From: an uncultured Candidatus Peribacteria bacterium
Lineage (GTDB): Bacteria > Patescibacteriota > Gracilibacteria > Peribacterales > Peribacteraceae
NCBI GenBank assembly: GCA_964553135.1
Contig: CAZKJL010000002.1
Coordinates: 124,224 to 188,223, forward strand
Length of the DNA: 64,000 nucleotides
Direction: 5' to 3'
Below the pieces are notes generated by a model, which saw only the letters and a list, made by a program, of their open reading frames with translations, searched no databases and had not been told where the DNA came from. The position numbers and the translations under genes are program-made. The first letter of the stretch is position 1. The number at the start of each line of letters is the position of its first letter. Below, piece after piece: positions 28,514 to 36,416 of the stretch.

Positions 28514-29119
28514 ATGCCAGCCGCCACACGTACGCCGCGCACGTCGACCGAACACCGCATGATGACGGTGGGTATCGATGAAGCGGGCAGAGGAGCGCTC
28601 GCCGGTCCCGTCGTGGCCGCAGCATGCATTCTTCCCAAGAAAACTCGCTTTCCCGTGCGCATCGCCGACAGCAAAAAGATGACCCCGAAGGAGCGCGAGG
28701 AGTCGTACGCGTGGCTCGTGAAGAACTGCACCTACGGCGTCGGCATGGCCGATGCCAAGACCATCGACAACATCGGCATCCTGGCCGCCACCGAGCGCGC
28801 GATGCAGGAGGCGGTGCGCGTCGTCTCCAACGTTCACTCCGATTTATATTTGCTCGTCGACGGACGCGACGCGTTTTGGTTCGATCATCCGCACAGCTCC
28901 ATCGTGCGCGGTGACGAATCCGAGCCCGCCATCGCGGCGGCATCCATCATCGCCAAAGTCACGCGCGACATGTTCATGACGGAGCTGCACGTCGTGGATC
29001 CTTCCTACGGCTTCGACGTCCACAAGGGTTACGGCACGGCCGAACATTACGCGGCGATCAAAAAAACCGGCGTCTGCCCGGTGCATCGCAGAACCTTCTT
29101 GCGCAGTCTTATTTCGTAG
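28514..29119 (+). CDS. rnhB: Ribonuclease HII
   Basis: GIDEAGRGALAGPVVAAA motif. The start is either 28514 or 28559. Confidence 0.88.
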   Translation: MPAATRTPRTSTEHRMMTVGIDEAGRGALAGPVVAAACILPKKTRFPVRIADSKKMTPKEREESYAWLVKNCTYGVGMADAKTIDNIGILAATERAMQEAVRVVSNVHSDLYLLVDGRDAFWFDHPHSSIVRGDESEPAIAAASIIAKVTRDMFMTELHVVDPSYGFDVHKGYGTAEHYAAIKKTGVCPVHRRTFLRSLIS

Positions 29120-30467
29120 ACAGTATCAACGAGGACACCACTTCTTCTTTCTCCTTACCCGTTTTCGGGTCCTTCACTTTTCGCTTGATATCGGTTTCCC
29201 TCGATTGAGTTTTCAAGTGATCGAGCATTTCCAGGGCCGCCGTTCGCGGCATTCTTTCCGTGTCTCCCGTGGGGAATCCGCTTTTTTCGACAATACTTTT
29301 CAGAGGGCCGTCCGGGAGCGATGCGGAGATGGTCAAGGTGTCGTTTTTCCATTCGACGTTGGTGAAAAATACGGGAGTTCCGACGAGGACCGGTGTGCCG
29401 AAAGGTGAGATGTTCGTCTTTTTGACGAGTTCCCATTTCTTGGTTCCCACCACAATCGTATTCCCGATCACCTGGATGCGGGTGCCCAAGATCTCCGTAC
29501 CTGTTTTGAATTGATCAAACGTGATGACCGCAGGAATTTCCGATGTCTTTTCGGGAGCCGGAGGCTCAACCGGAAGCGTCGGTGAGGGAGTCGGAGGGAC
29601 CATCGGCGAAGGTTGCACCGGAAGGACGGGTGCCACGGGCGTCGGATTTTGCGGGAGAACGGGTTTCGTGATCGGAGGCTGCACGACTTCCGGAGCAGGA
29701 ACGGTCGGCGACGGCGCGACAGGCTGCACGGGTCCCGGGAGCACCGAGGGCGGAACGTTCGTTTGCGGTGCTTGTGTGACCGGAGGTACGGAATCGGCCG
29801 GTTTTTGAACGTCGACATTCGGAGCGCTTGCGCCGAGCTCCATCAATGCCGTCATGGCCGTGGCGCTCTTGTCCCAACCGAATTTCTTGAACATTTTTCC
29901 AAGCATGCTGTCTTTGGCGCTCGATTTCGCGATGAAGCGGGCGGCACGATAGGTCATGAAGCCCATGGCATTCCGGAAGAAATTTTTCTCTTTCTTCGGG
30001 TCGACGATATTCTTGTAATCGGCAAAAGAGAGAGCTGGTTTTTCCGGTGCTCCCACCGAAGCGGCGGGCGTTGCGGCAACGTGTTCGACGGGTTTATCGA
30101 AAGCGCTGGCTGTGGATTTGGTTCGTGCTTCGCTGACGACCGTTCTCTTTTCAGAGGCTGCGATGCTCTCGGGTGCGGAGACTGCACGTTCCGTGGTTTC
30201 CAAGCTGATTCCGGTGGCTTTGGAAAAAGCCAAGGAGGCTGCAAGTGTGCCGATCATGCTGCGAACGGATCCCTTGAGCAGCGTGCGGAGTTGCTGCAAG
30301 CGTTCGGCTCTCGCGGGGTCGCCGTTTTGCGGCATGTCCTTCAATTGAATCTGCACTTGTTCCCGCAAATCGTCGAGCTGCGCGGTGCTCAAGTCTTTTA
30401 CCACATCGCCCAGCGAACGCTCACCGTCCGCCAATGATTGCACTGCTGAGAAAGCGTCAAATGCCAT
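29109..30467 (-). CDS. Hypothetical protein with a central Pro-rich linker
   Basis: 452-aa ORF with a long PxP-rich stretch (PVAPSPTVPAPEVVQPP...). No family recognised. Confidence 0.6.
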   Translation of the reverse strand: MAFDAFSAVQSLADGERSLGDVVKDLSTAQLDDLREQVQIQLKDMPQNGDPARAERLQQLRTLLKGSVRSMIGTLAASLAFSKATGISLETTERAVSAPESIAASEKRTVVSEARTKSTASAFDKPVEHVAATPAASVGAPEKPALSFADYKNIVDPKKEKNFFRNAMGFMTYRAARFIAKSSAKDSMLGKMFKKFGWDKSATAMTALMELGASAPNVDVQKPADSVPPVTQAPQTNVPPSVLPGPVQPVAPSPTVPAPEVVQPPITKPVLPQNPTPVAPVLPVQPSPMVPPTPSPTLPVEPPAPEKTSEIPAVITFDQFKTGTEILGTRIQVIGNTIVVGTKKWELVKKTNISPFGTPVLVGTPVFFTNVEWKNDTLTISASLPDGPLKSIVEKSGFPTGDTERMPRTAALEMLDHLKTQSRETDIKRKVKDPKTGKEKEEVVSSLILSTK

Positions 30468-30534
30468 TTGAGGTTGGTTTGGAGTTTGTTTTCCTCATTA
30501 TTATACCACAAAAATGCCCTTTCTAACAATGAGG

Positions 30535-30551
30535 TGGTGCGCCCGGCAGGA
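30535..30551. repeat. 17-nt direct copy of the 3' end of tRNA-Arg(GCG)
   Basis: TGGTGCGCCCGGCAGGA is identical to 30614-30630, with 62 nt between the two copies. Confidence 0.85.
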
Positions 30552-30613
30552 CCCTTCGGAAGCTCAGGGCTAGTTTGAACCCCATGGCTTGCCATGAGGA
30601 ATGAAGTGACGAA

Positions 30614-30690
30614 TGGTGCGCCCGGCAGGATTTGAACCTACGACCCCCAGCTCCGCAAGCTGATGCTCTATCCAGCTGAGCTACGGGCGC
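30614..30690 (-). tRNA. tRNA-Arg (anticodon GCG), CCA encoded
   Basis: Hand-folded cloverleaf: GCGCCCG TA GCTC AGCTGGATA GAGC A TCAGC TTGCGGA GCTGG GGGTC GTAGG TTCAAAT CCTGC CGGGCGC A CCA. Confidence 0.88.
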
Positions 30691-30754
30691 ACGTATTTGC
30701 AGCCCGCCAAGGCTACCAGCTTCATCGTAGGCGGGCAACGCCAAACAGCGGTCT

Positions 30755-31417
30755 TTAGGCTTGAGTCGGCGTGGCGCGGGCCTTTTTCTTCTGATTCATG
30801 AAGAGGTACAAGAGTCCGCTTCCAAGAACGGCCAGAATGATGATGAGCACGTTGCCTTCGGCCATGTTGAGCAGTTCCACCGCACTCGAAGCTTGCCGGC
30901 CTCCCCACCAACCGGCCGCGCCTAAAATGAATGTTCGTGGCAATGCACCCAGGAAGCTGAAGAACAAGAATTCTTTGACGGGGATGCGTGCGAGTCCCGC
31001 GATGATGGATACCGCCAAGGACGGCATTCCGGGAACGGCGCGGCTCGCGAAAATCAGGAACTCATCGGAACGTGATTTTTTCGTCCACGCTTGCACCTTC
31101 TCGATGGTTTTCCAATTGATCCCCAGGTATTTGCCGAATCTCTCGATGGCTACTTTTTCTCCGATACGCGCCAAATAGTAGGGGAAGAGCGAACCGATCG
31201 TCATGCCTGCCGCAGCGGGCAACATCACCTGAAACGTCAGCACCGAGACTGCAGCCCAGCCGTGCAAGCCCTTGGTCATGAGCAGTCCCGCCGTGAACAC
31301 CACGAGCGTGGATGGAATGGGAGCGATGACTTCCTCGACGATGGATGCGCCAAAAAGTCCGATGGCACCGTAGTGCTTGAGAAGCGGCCCCAAGTGAACG
31401 AGGAGTGAGTGGAACAT
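30755..31417 (-). CDS. DedA/VTT-family membrane protein
   Basis: 220 aa with typical DedA features (EEVIAPIPS, multiple transmembrane segments). Confidence 0.8.
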   Translation of the reverse strand: MFHSLLVHLGPLLKHYGAIGLFGASIVEEVIAPIPSTLVVFTAGLLMTKGLHGWAAVSVLTFQVMLPAAAGMTIGSLFPYYLARIGEKVAIERFGKYLGINWKTIEKVQAWTKKSRSDEFLIFASRAVPGMPSLAVSIIAGLARIPVKEFLFFSFLGALPRTFILGAAGWWGGRQASSAVELLNMAEGNVLIIILAVLGSGLLYLFMNQKKKARATPTQA

Positions 31418-31430
31418 AGCTGTTCTTCTT

Positions 31431-31593
31431 GATGAATGTGGTGGAGCTCAGGGGACTTTGGACCCCTTACCTCTTCCATGCCATGGAAGCGCTCTCTGAG
31501 GTAAGAATATCGATGAAATGTGGTGGAGCTCAGGGGACTTTGGACCCCTTACCTCTTCCATGCCATGGAAGCGCTCTCTGAGGTAAGAATATC
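31431..31593 (-). pseudogene. Two tandem ~81-bp copies of the 3' two-thirds of tRNA-Ala(GGC)
   Basis: Units at 31431-31511 and 31512-31593 repeat the 9-nt 3' flank, the acceptor 3' strand, the T arm (loop altered: GGGGACTTTGGACCCC versus GGGGACTCGAACCCC) and the anticodon arm. They then diverge (CTGAGGTAAGAATATC) where the D arm should be. Confidence 0.85.
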
Positions 31594-31602
31594 GATGAAA
31601 TG

Positions 31603-31678
31603 TGGTGGAGCTCAGGGGACTCGAACCCCTTACCTCTTCCATGCCATGGAAGCGCTCTACCAGATGAGCTAGAGCCCC
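31603..31678 (-). tRNA. tRNA-Ala (anticodon GGC), CCA encoded
   Basis: Hand-folded cloverleaf: GGGGCTC TA GCTC ATCTGGTA GAGC G CTTCC ATGGCAT GGAAG AGGTA AGGGG TTCGAGT CCCCT GAGCTCC A CCA. The G3-U70 identity pair is present. Confidence 0.92.
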
Positions 31679-31741
31679 ACGCGGGTCGACGCCGGAATAC
31701 TCTACGTGGCTTTGGTTGCCGCTTCAACTGTACTTTCATGC

Positions 31742-31822
31742 GGAAACCAAAGAAACCCAGGAATCCAAGGAAACCAAGGATATCGTTGGTTTCTTTGGTT
31801 GCTTTGGTTTCTTTGATTTCTT
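31742..31822. repeat. 9-nt-periodic palindromic element (GGAAACCAA family)
   Basis: GGAAACCAA AGAAACCCA GGAATCCAA GGAAACCAA, loop GGATATCGT, then TGGTTTCTT TGGTTGCTT TGGTTTCTT TGATTTCTT. Confidence 0.88.
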
Positions 31823-31836
31823 TGTATAATCGGGCC

Positions 31837-32289
31837 ATGCCCACCGTCACCTTCCTCCTCGGATCCAAAGTGGATACCGACTTCGCAAAAAAGATCGCCG
31901 CTCTTCTCGAAGAGTACCAAGTTACGTCCGAGATCGTCGTCGCTTCGGCGCACAAAGTTCCGGAAAAAGTCGTCGCCGTCATCGAGAGACTCAACAAGCA
32001 AACCGAGCCCACGGTCGTCGTGACCTGCGTGGGTATGAGCAACGGCTTGGGTGGAGTCGTCGCCGGCAGCTGCGTGCACCCCGTAGTGAACTGCCCGCCG
32101 CACGCGTCGCTCGAGGAATACATGGTGGACGTTCACAGCAGCCTGCGCATGCCGTCCGACGTTCCCGTGATGACGATTTGCGGTTACAAGAATGCCGCAC
32201 TCGCCACGCTCCGCATTTTGGCCGAGAGCGACAAGAAGTTGCAGAAAAAGCTCCTCGAGCGCATCAGCAAACTGAAGGCTGAGTACTAA
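31837..32289 (+). CDS. purE: PurE-family AIR carboxylase, class II-like
   Basis: 150 aa: ...VVASAHKVPEK...CVGMSNGLGGVVAG...VVNCPP...SSLRMPSDVP. The SAHK and SNGLG signatures resemble the class II (PAICS-type) enzyme rather than the class I SAHR/AHLPG signatures. Confidence 0.8.
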   Translation: MPTVTFLLGSKVDTDFAKKIAALLEEYQVTSEIVVASAHKVPEKVVAVIERLNKQTEPTVVVTCVGMSNGLGGVVAGSCVHPVVNCPPHASLEEYMVDVHSSLRMPSDVPVMTICGYKNAALATLRILAESDKKLQKKLLERISKLKAEY

Positions 32290-32648
32290 GAGAGGAGTGC
32301 CATCTCGATGAGGAAGAACACCAGGTAGATGAGGAGTCCGATCCACCAGGTGAGGATTTCCAGAATCAAGAATAAAAACAGCAATACGGTCGCGAATCCG
32401 AGAAACACGCCTTCGCGGAGCGACACGCCGATCTTGCGTCCGGCATCCATGCCTTCCACCGACAGACGGCTCCAAATGGCGTAGCATACCAGCGTTGCCA
32501 CGCTCGCCACCGAGAGAAACAGCGTGAGGAAGAAGAACGGCACGGCCATCGCCGTCGCCGAGAGGGGACTCACGCGGAAAATGATCACCGCGAGTGACGC
32601 CAGTGACAGCAGTGCGGCCGCTCCGATGCGTACCAGGATGGATGTCAT
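32286..32648 (-). CDS. Small membrane protein (3-4 transmembrane segments)
   Basis: 120 aa from MTSILVRIGAAALLSL... The longer ORF-track version has a non-protein-like N-terminal extension that overlaps udg. Confidence 0.55.
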   Translation of the reverse strand: MTSILVRIGAAALLSLASLAVIIFRVSPLSATAMAVPFFFLTLFLSVASVATLVCYAIWSRLSVEGMDAGRKIGVSLREGVFLGFATVLLFLFLILEILTWWIGLLIYLVFFLIEMALLS

Positions 32649-33232
32649 GACAGTGTCGCGAGAAATTCCCCCAGTGCTCGGAAATCCGAGACCAGGCTGC
32701 TCCTCAGTCCTCCGTTGTGGAGTGCCGCGGCGGGATGGTAAATGGGAAACAGCGTCATCTCGTCCGTGAGCTTGAACGGTTTGCCGTGGGAATTCGTGAT
32801 GGTCTGGCTCGGGAAAAAGTGTCCGAGCGAGTGGCGCCCGAGCGTCACGATGACGCGCGGTTTCACGAGTGCGATCTCCAGCATGAGCCACGGCATGCAC
32901 TGCTCCTTTTCGATGGGCTCGGGGTCGCGGTTCTCCGGCGGACGGAACTTCACGACGTTGCTGATGTACACGTCCTCGCGCTTGAGGCCGATGGACGCCA
33001 GAAGTTCGTTGAGAAAATTCCCGGATGCGCCCACGAACGGGCGCCTGAGTTCATCTTCTTTCTGTCCCGGCGCTTCGCCCACGAACATCACCGTGGCGTG
33101 CGGATTGCCTTCGCCAAGGACCGCGTTGGCCTGCTTGGCCAAATCGCAGCCTTTCCATACCGTCAGTTTTTCACGGAGCACGTCGAGCGTCAGTTGCGGC
33201 ATGGTGGTCAGAATAGCAGAGAGTCGCGGCAC
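32645..33232 (-). CDS. udg: Uracil-DNA glycosylase, family 4
   Basis: GEGNPHATVMFVGEAPGQKEDELRRPFVGASG and the HPAAALH motif. Confidence 0.88.
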   Translation of the reverse strand: MPRLSAILTTMPQLTLDVLREKLTVWKGCDLAKQANAVLGEGNPHATVMFVGEAPGQKEDELRRPFVGASGNFLNELLASIGLKREDVYISNVVKFRPPENRDPEPIEKEQCMPWLMLEIALVKPRVIVTLGRHSLGHFFPSQTITNSHGKPFKLTDEMTLFPIYHPAAALHNGGLRSSLVSDFRALGEFLATLS

Positions 33233-33273
33233 TGGCAGTCACCCGCATCGTCCGTGTACCATGCGCTTACTCC

Positions 33274-34293
33274 ATGTCTCTCTCCGCTCCCTGGGACGGC
33301 CTTCTTGCAAAAATCAATGCGGCTTCGTCGGCCGCGGAACTCCAGGCCGTGGGACAGGAAATTTTCGGGCGCAAAGCCGGGGCCCTCACGCTCGCCATGA
33401 AAGATCTCGGGGAACTCGGTCCCGATGAAAAGCGCACGCGCGGACAGGAGCTCAACGCCATCAGAAAAGAATTCGACGAAGCGTATGCGGCCAAAGAACG
33501 CGCCTTGGTGCAGGCTGACAGTGACGCGCTCGCGCACAAAGATCCGCTCGACCTCACCATCGACCTTCCCGGGAAAGAGCGCGGACATCATCATCTCATT
33601 CATGAGTTCATCCGCAAGGCCGAGGAAGTCTTCGGACGCATGGGCTTCGACAGCGCCACCGGCCCCGAAGCCGAAACCGAGGCGTTCCAGTTCGATCTTC
33701 TGAATTTCCCGAAGCACCACGCAGCCCGCGATTCCCAGGACATCTTCTATCTCCACGGCAGCAAAGATCCGGAGAACCGTTCGCTCCTCCGCGGTCACAC
33801 CTCCACGGTGCAGATCCGCTACATGAAGAGCCACAAGCCGCCGCTTCGGATGATTTGCTCGGGCAAGGTGTACCGCAAAGACAGCGACGCCACGCACTCG
33901 CCCATGTTCCACCAGATCGAGGGACTCATGATCGGCAAAGGCGTCTCGCTCGCCAACATGAAAGCCGTCATGGAGCAGGCCGTCCGCGAGCTCATCTCAG
34001 AGGACGCCGAGTTCCGTTGGCGCACCGGGTACTTTCCGTTCGTGGAACCGGGACTGGAAATGGACATGCGTTGGCGCGGCGACGAATCCAAGAGCCGCGA
34101 AGGCAAGTGGCTGGAGATCGTGGGCTGCGGCATGGTGCACCCCAACGTTCTCAAGAACTGCGGCATCGACCCCGATGAGTACCAAGGGTTCGCGTTCGGT
34201 TTCGGCGTGGAGCGCATGATCATGATCCGTCACCAAATCCCGGATTTGCGCCTGTTCTTCCAGGGAAACGTCGATTTCGCCCGTCAATTCTAA
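33274..34293 (+). CDS. pheS: Phenylalanine--tRNA ligase alpha subunit
   Basis: 339 aa with class II aaRS motifs (FRRDSDATHSPMFHQIEG-type, GFAFGFGVERM). No pheT follows. Confidence 0.93.
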   Translation: MSLSAPWDGLLAKINAASSAAELQAVGQEIFGRKAGALTLAMKDLGELGPDEKRTRGQELNAIRKEFDEAYAAKERALVQADSDALAHKDPLDLTIDLPGKERGHHHLIHEFIRKAEEVFGRMGFDSATGPEAETEAFQFDLLNFPKHHAARDSQDIFYLHGSKDPENRSLLRGHTSTVQIRYMKSHKPPLRMICSGKVYRKDSDATHSPMFHQIEGLMIGKGVSLANMKAVMEQAVRELISEDAEFRWRTGYFPFVEPGLEMDMRWRGDESKSREGKWLEIVGCGMVHPNVLKNCGIDPDEYQGFAFGFGVERMIMIRHQIPDLRLFFQGNVDFARQF

Positions 34294-34296
34294 ATA

Positions 34297-34324
34297 TTGA
34301 CGAAATACATATTTAGTATAAAAT
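34297..34324 (+). promoter_or_regulatory. Candidate sigma70-type promoter
   Basis: TTGACG (34297-34302), a 16-nt spacer, then TAAAAT (34319-34324), in an AT-rich spacer upstream of the small lipoprotein ORF. Confidence 0.4.
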
Positions 34325-34390
34325 GCTAAAAGCATCCACTGTCATGGTGGAACCGTGAAGGATGCTGTTTCCACTTGAGGAGATACTGAC

Positions 34391-34561
34391 ATGAGGTCGA
34401 TCTTTCTTCTCGTTGCGTTCTTCGTGGCCTGCTCCGTCGGCTGTGCCGGCAGACAGTCCAATCTCTCCGTCTCGGCGAAAGCCGAAGCGGCCGAAGACAT
34501 CCGCCAACCGAAGGTCGAGGTCCACGTGACCTACACCATTCAGATGAGCGGTGGAAAATAA
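34391..34561 (+). CDS. Small lipoprotein (56 aa)
   Basis: Own translation is MRSIFLLVAFFVACSVGCAGRQSN..., with lipobox-like SVGC. GAGGAG lies 8 nt upstream, and hairpins plus a T-run terminator follow. It is below the ORF-track cut-off. Confidence 0.55.
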   Translation: MRSIFLLVAFFVACSVGCAGRQSNLSVSAKAEAAEDIRQPKVEVHVTYTIQMSGGK

Positions 34562-34595
34562 TTCATCGAGGGCCTTTTTCGGGCCTTCATCATTC

Positions 34596-34636
34596 GCCGG
34601 GTTTAGGGGCTTACCCTCCTCTACCCGGCTTTTTTT
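34596..34636 (+). terminator. Rho-independent terminator
   Basis: GCCGGGT...(inner AGGG/CCCT)...ACCCGGC followed by TTTTTTT. The T-run overlaps the pyrE stop codon. Confidence 0.75.
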
Positions 34637-35279
34637 AAAGGTTGTTCTTCCGTGCCCAATTGTCCGGATCTTGTGAGAACGATCCGATGAGCTTGGCCTG
34701 ATCCTCGGTGATGCGATCGTGCTCCAGCGCGATGTCGATGAGATTGGTGATCGTCGTGAGCGGATGCAGGCGCACTTTTACTTCACGCGCTTTCTCCAGT
34801 GCGCCCGTGAGCTCGTAGCTGAAGATGGACACGATGTCCGTCACGTTGCAGCCGCCTTCGGTGCGGAGCACTTCCACGGTCGACGCGGAACTCTTGGCGG
34901 TGGAAATAAGGTCTTCGATGACGACGACATCTTTTCCTTTCGGCAAATCTCCTTCGATCCGCTTCTTGGCGCCGTGCTCCTTGGCGGCCGAGCGCACGTA
35001 GACGAACGGTAATTTAAGCCTATCGGCGACCAGCGCACCCCAGCCGATGGCGGCGGTGGCGGTCCCGGCGATGACGTCGGGCTCGATGTGCAAGTTCTTC
35101 ACGCGGCTCACGAGCGCCTCCACGACGAAGTCACGCGCCACCGGGTGGCTGTAGATCATGCGGTTGTCGCAGTAGATGGGGGACTTGAGCCCGCTGGTCC
35201 AGGTGAACGGGGGATCCACCGAAAGCTTCACGGCTCCGATGGTCAGAAGGTACTCGGCGATGCGGTTTCCGTGCGGCAC
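34635..35279 (-). CDS. pyrE: Orotate phosphoribosyltransferase
   Basis: 214 aa with the PRPP-binding motif VVVIEDLISTAKS. Confidence 0.9.
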   Translation of the reverse strand: MPHGNRIAEYLLTIGAVKLSVDPPFTWTSGLKSPIYCDNRMIYSHPVARDFVVEALVSRVKNLHIEPDVIAGTATAAIGWGALVADRLKLPFVYVRSAAKEHGAKKRIEGDLPKGKDVVVIEDLISTAKSSASTVEVLRTEGGCNVTDIVSIFSYELTGALEKAREVKVRLHPLTTITNLIDIALEHDRITEDQAKLIGSFSQDPDNWARKNNL

Positions 35280-35358
35280 TTGTGCTGAGGGGAGCGAAGT
35301 ATGGCCTCATCCTAAATGAGAATCGACAATTCAGAAATGAAAATGGAGAATAGGCCGG

Positions 35359-36033
35359 ATGACCGTCGACGAAACCCGCCTCCGGCAGCTGGTCCAGGTG
35401 TTCCTGGCCGAGAATCAGAAGCTCAACCTTTCGGCTTTCCGCAGCGAAGAACACTGTTGGACGGGCAACGTCCTGGATTCACTCGCTCTCCTGCAGGCCG
35501 TCGAGGCATATCCGCAGCTCAAGAATATCGCGTCGCTCTGCGACATAGGAACGGGTGGCGGTTTTCCGCTTTTGCCGCTTGCTCTGTGTTTGCCGAACGC
35601 GCGCTGCGTCGGTATGGATTCCATCGCCAAGAAAGTCGATGCCGTGCGTCGCATCGCGGAAACCATGGAGATGAAGAATGCCGAGCTCATCTGTGGTCGC
35701 CTGGAAGAACTGGGTCACGATGAAAAGTATCGCGAGACGTTCGATATCGTCACCGCCAGGGCGGTCGCTCCCATCGCCGTCATCATGGAGTACGCCGTGC
35801 CGCTCCTCAAAGTCGGCGGGTTGTGCGTGTTCTGGAAGAGCACCAAAGTCGCCGATGAACTGAAGTCCTCGGCCGTGGCGCAGAAGTCACTCAAGTGTCC
35901 GTTCGCCGGAACATTCGAGTACGATCTGCCCGCGGAGTGGGGAAAGCGCACGCTCGTGTTCTTCAAGAAGGTCGGGCCGACGCCCGAAGATTATCCACGA
36001 AAGGTGGGGATACCGAAGCAGAAGCCGTTGTAG
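35359..36033 (+). CDS. rsmG: 16S rRNA (guanine527-N7)-methyltransferase
   Basis: 224 aa, GidB-like (LCDIGTGGGFPLLPLAL, VTARAVA). Confidence 0.85.
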   Translation: MTVDETRLRQLVQVFLAENQKLNLSAFRSEEHCWTGNVLDSLALLQAVEAYPQLKNIASLCDIGTGGGFPLLPLALCLPNARCVGMDSIAKKVDAVRRIAETMEMKNAELICGRLEELGHDEKYRETFDIVTARAVAPIAVIMEYAVPLLKVGGLCVFWKSTKVADELKSSAVAQKSLKCPFAGTFEYDLPAEWGKRTLVFFKKVGPTPEDYPRKVGIPKQKPL

Positions 36034-36038
36034 CGGCA

Positions 36039-36130
36039 GATTGCAAAGAATGCCAAGAGTGCAATGATCGCAAGGATCAATGCAATACTTCAAACAAGGA
36101 GAGTGAAGTTCCTTCCATTCATTGCAGTCC
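36039..36130. repeat. Degenerate 9-nt-periodic element
   Basis: GATTGCAAA GAATGCCAA GAGTGCAAT GATCGCAAG begins 5 nt after the rsmG stop. The partially complementary arm CTTCCATTC ATTGCAGTC lies at 36112-36129, with 14 of 18 positions complementary. Confidence 0.6.
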
Positions 36131-36416
36131 TTTTACAGGTGCTGCGAGAGTGATGTAACCACCACGACCAGACAGGCTGCAAAGACAACGAGCAGCGGCG
36201 AAATTCCCAGAGTGCGTTCGCGCATAGGGTCGAGGGGAAAAAATAGTGAACGACGTGAGTATATGCAGCGCCGATTGGCGGGCAATTGTGCGAAGGGTAA
36301 AGTAGTATGCAGTCATAGTATTTTCTTCGGCAGTATTCCAAGAAAGGTGCTACAGTAAGCCAAGAATCAGAGCCTCTGACGTAGCGACAAATTGCCGGTT
36401 TTACGCAAGTTCATCC

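Noticed and set aside
30552-30613. Spacer between the two 17-nt tRNA-Arg(GCG) 3'-end copies, considered as a second tRNA or pseudogene
   Set aside because: I could not fold it into a cloverleaf. Only a TTTGAACC-like stretch and a tight palindrome are present.
31431-31602. Considered whether the 81-bp and 96-bp (24006-24275) tandem arrays are CRISPR arrays
   Set aside because: The units abut directly with no unique spacers, they are tRNA-derived, and no cas genes are present.
31530-32123. ORFs reading through the tRNA-Ala repeats and 9-mer hairpins (also 31702..32487, 40290..41417, 41417..42085)
   Set aside because: Their only distinctive segments are translations of the repeats (KETKETKE, GNQGNQRNQ). 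They overlap well-supported genes on the other strand.
36133-36225. 30-codon hydrophobic micro-ORF (MRERTLGISPLLVVFAACLVVVVTSLSQHL) on the minus strand in the rsmG-rlmE spacer
   Set aside because: It has no ribosome-binding site or promoter signal and no support beyond hydrophobicity. The larger ORFs in the same spacer (36090..36341, 36119..36316) also look non-coding.
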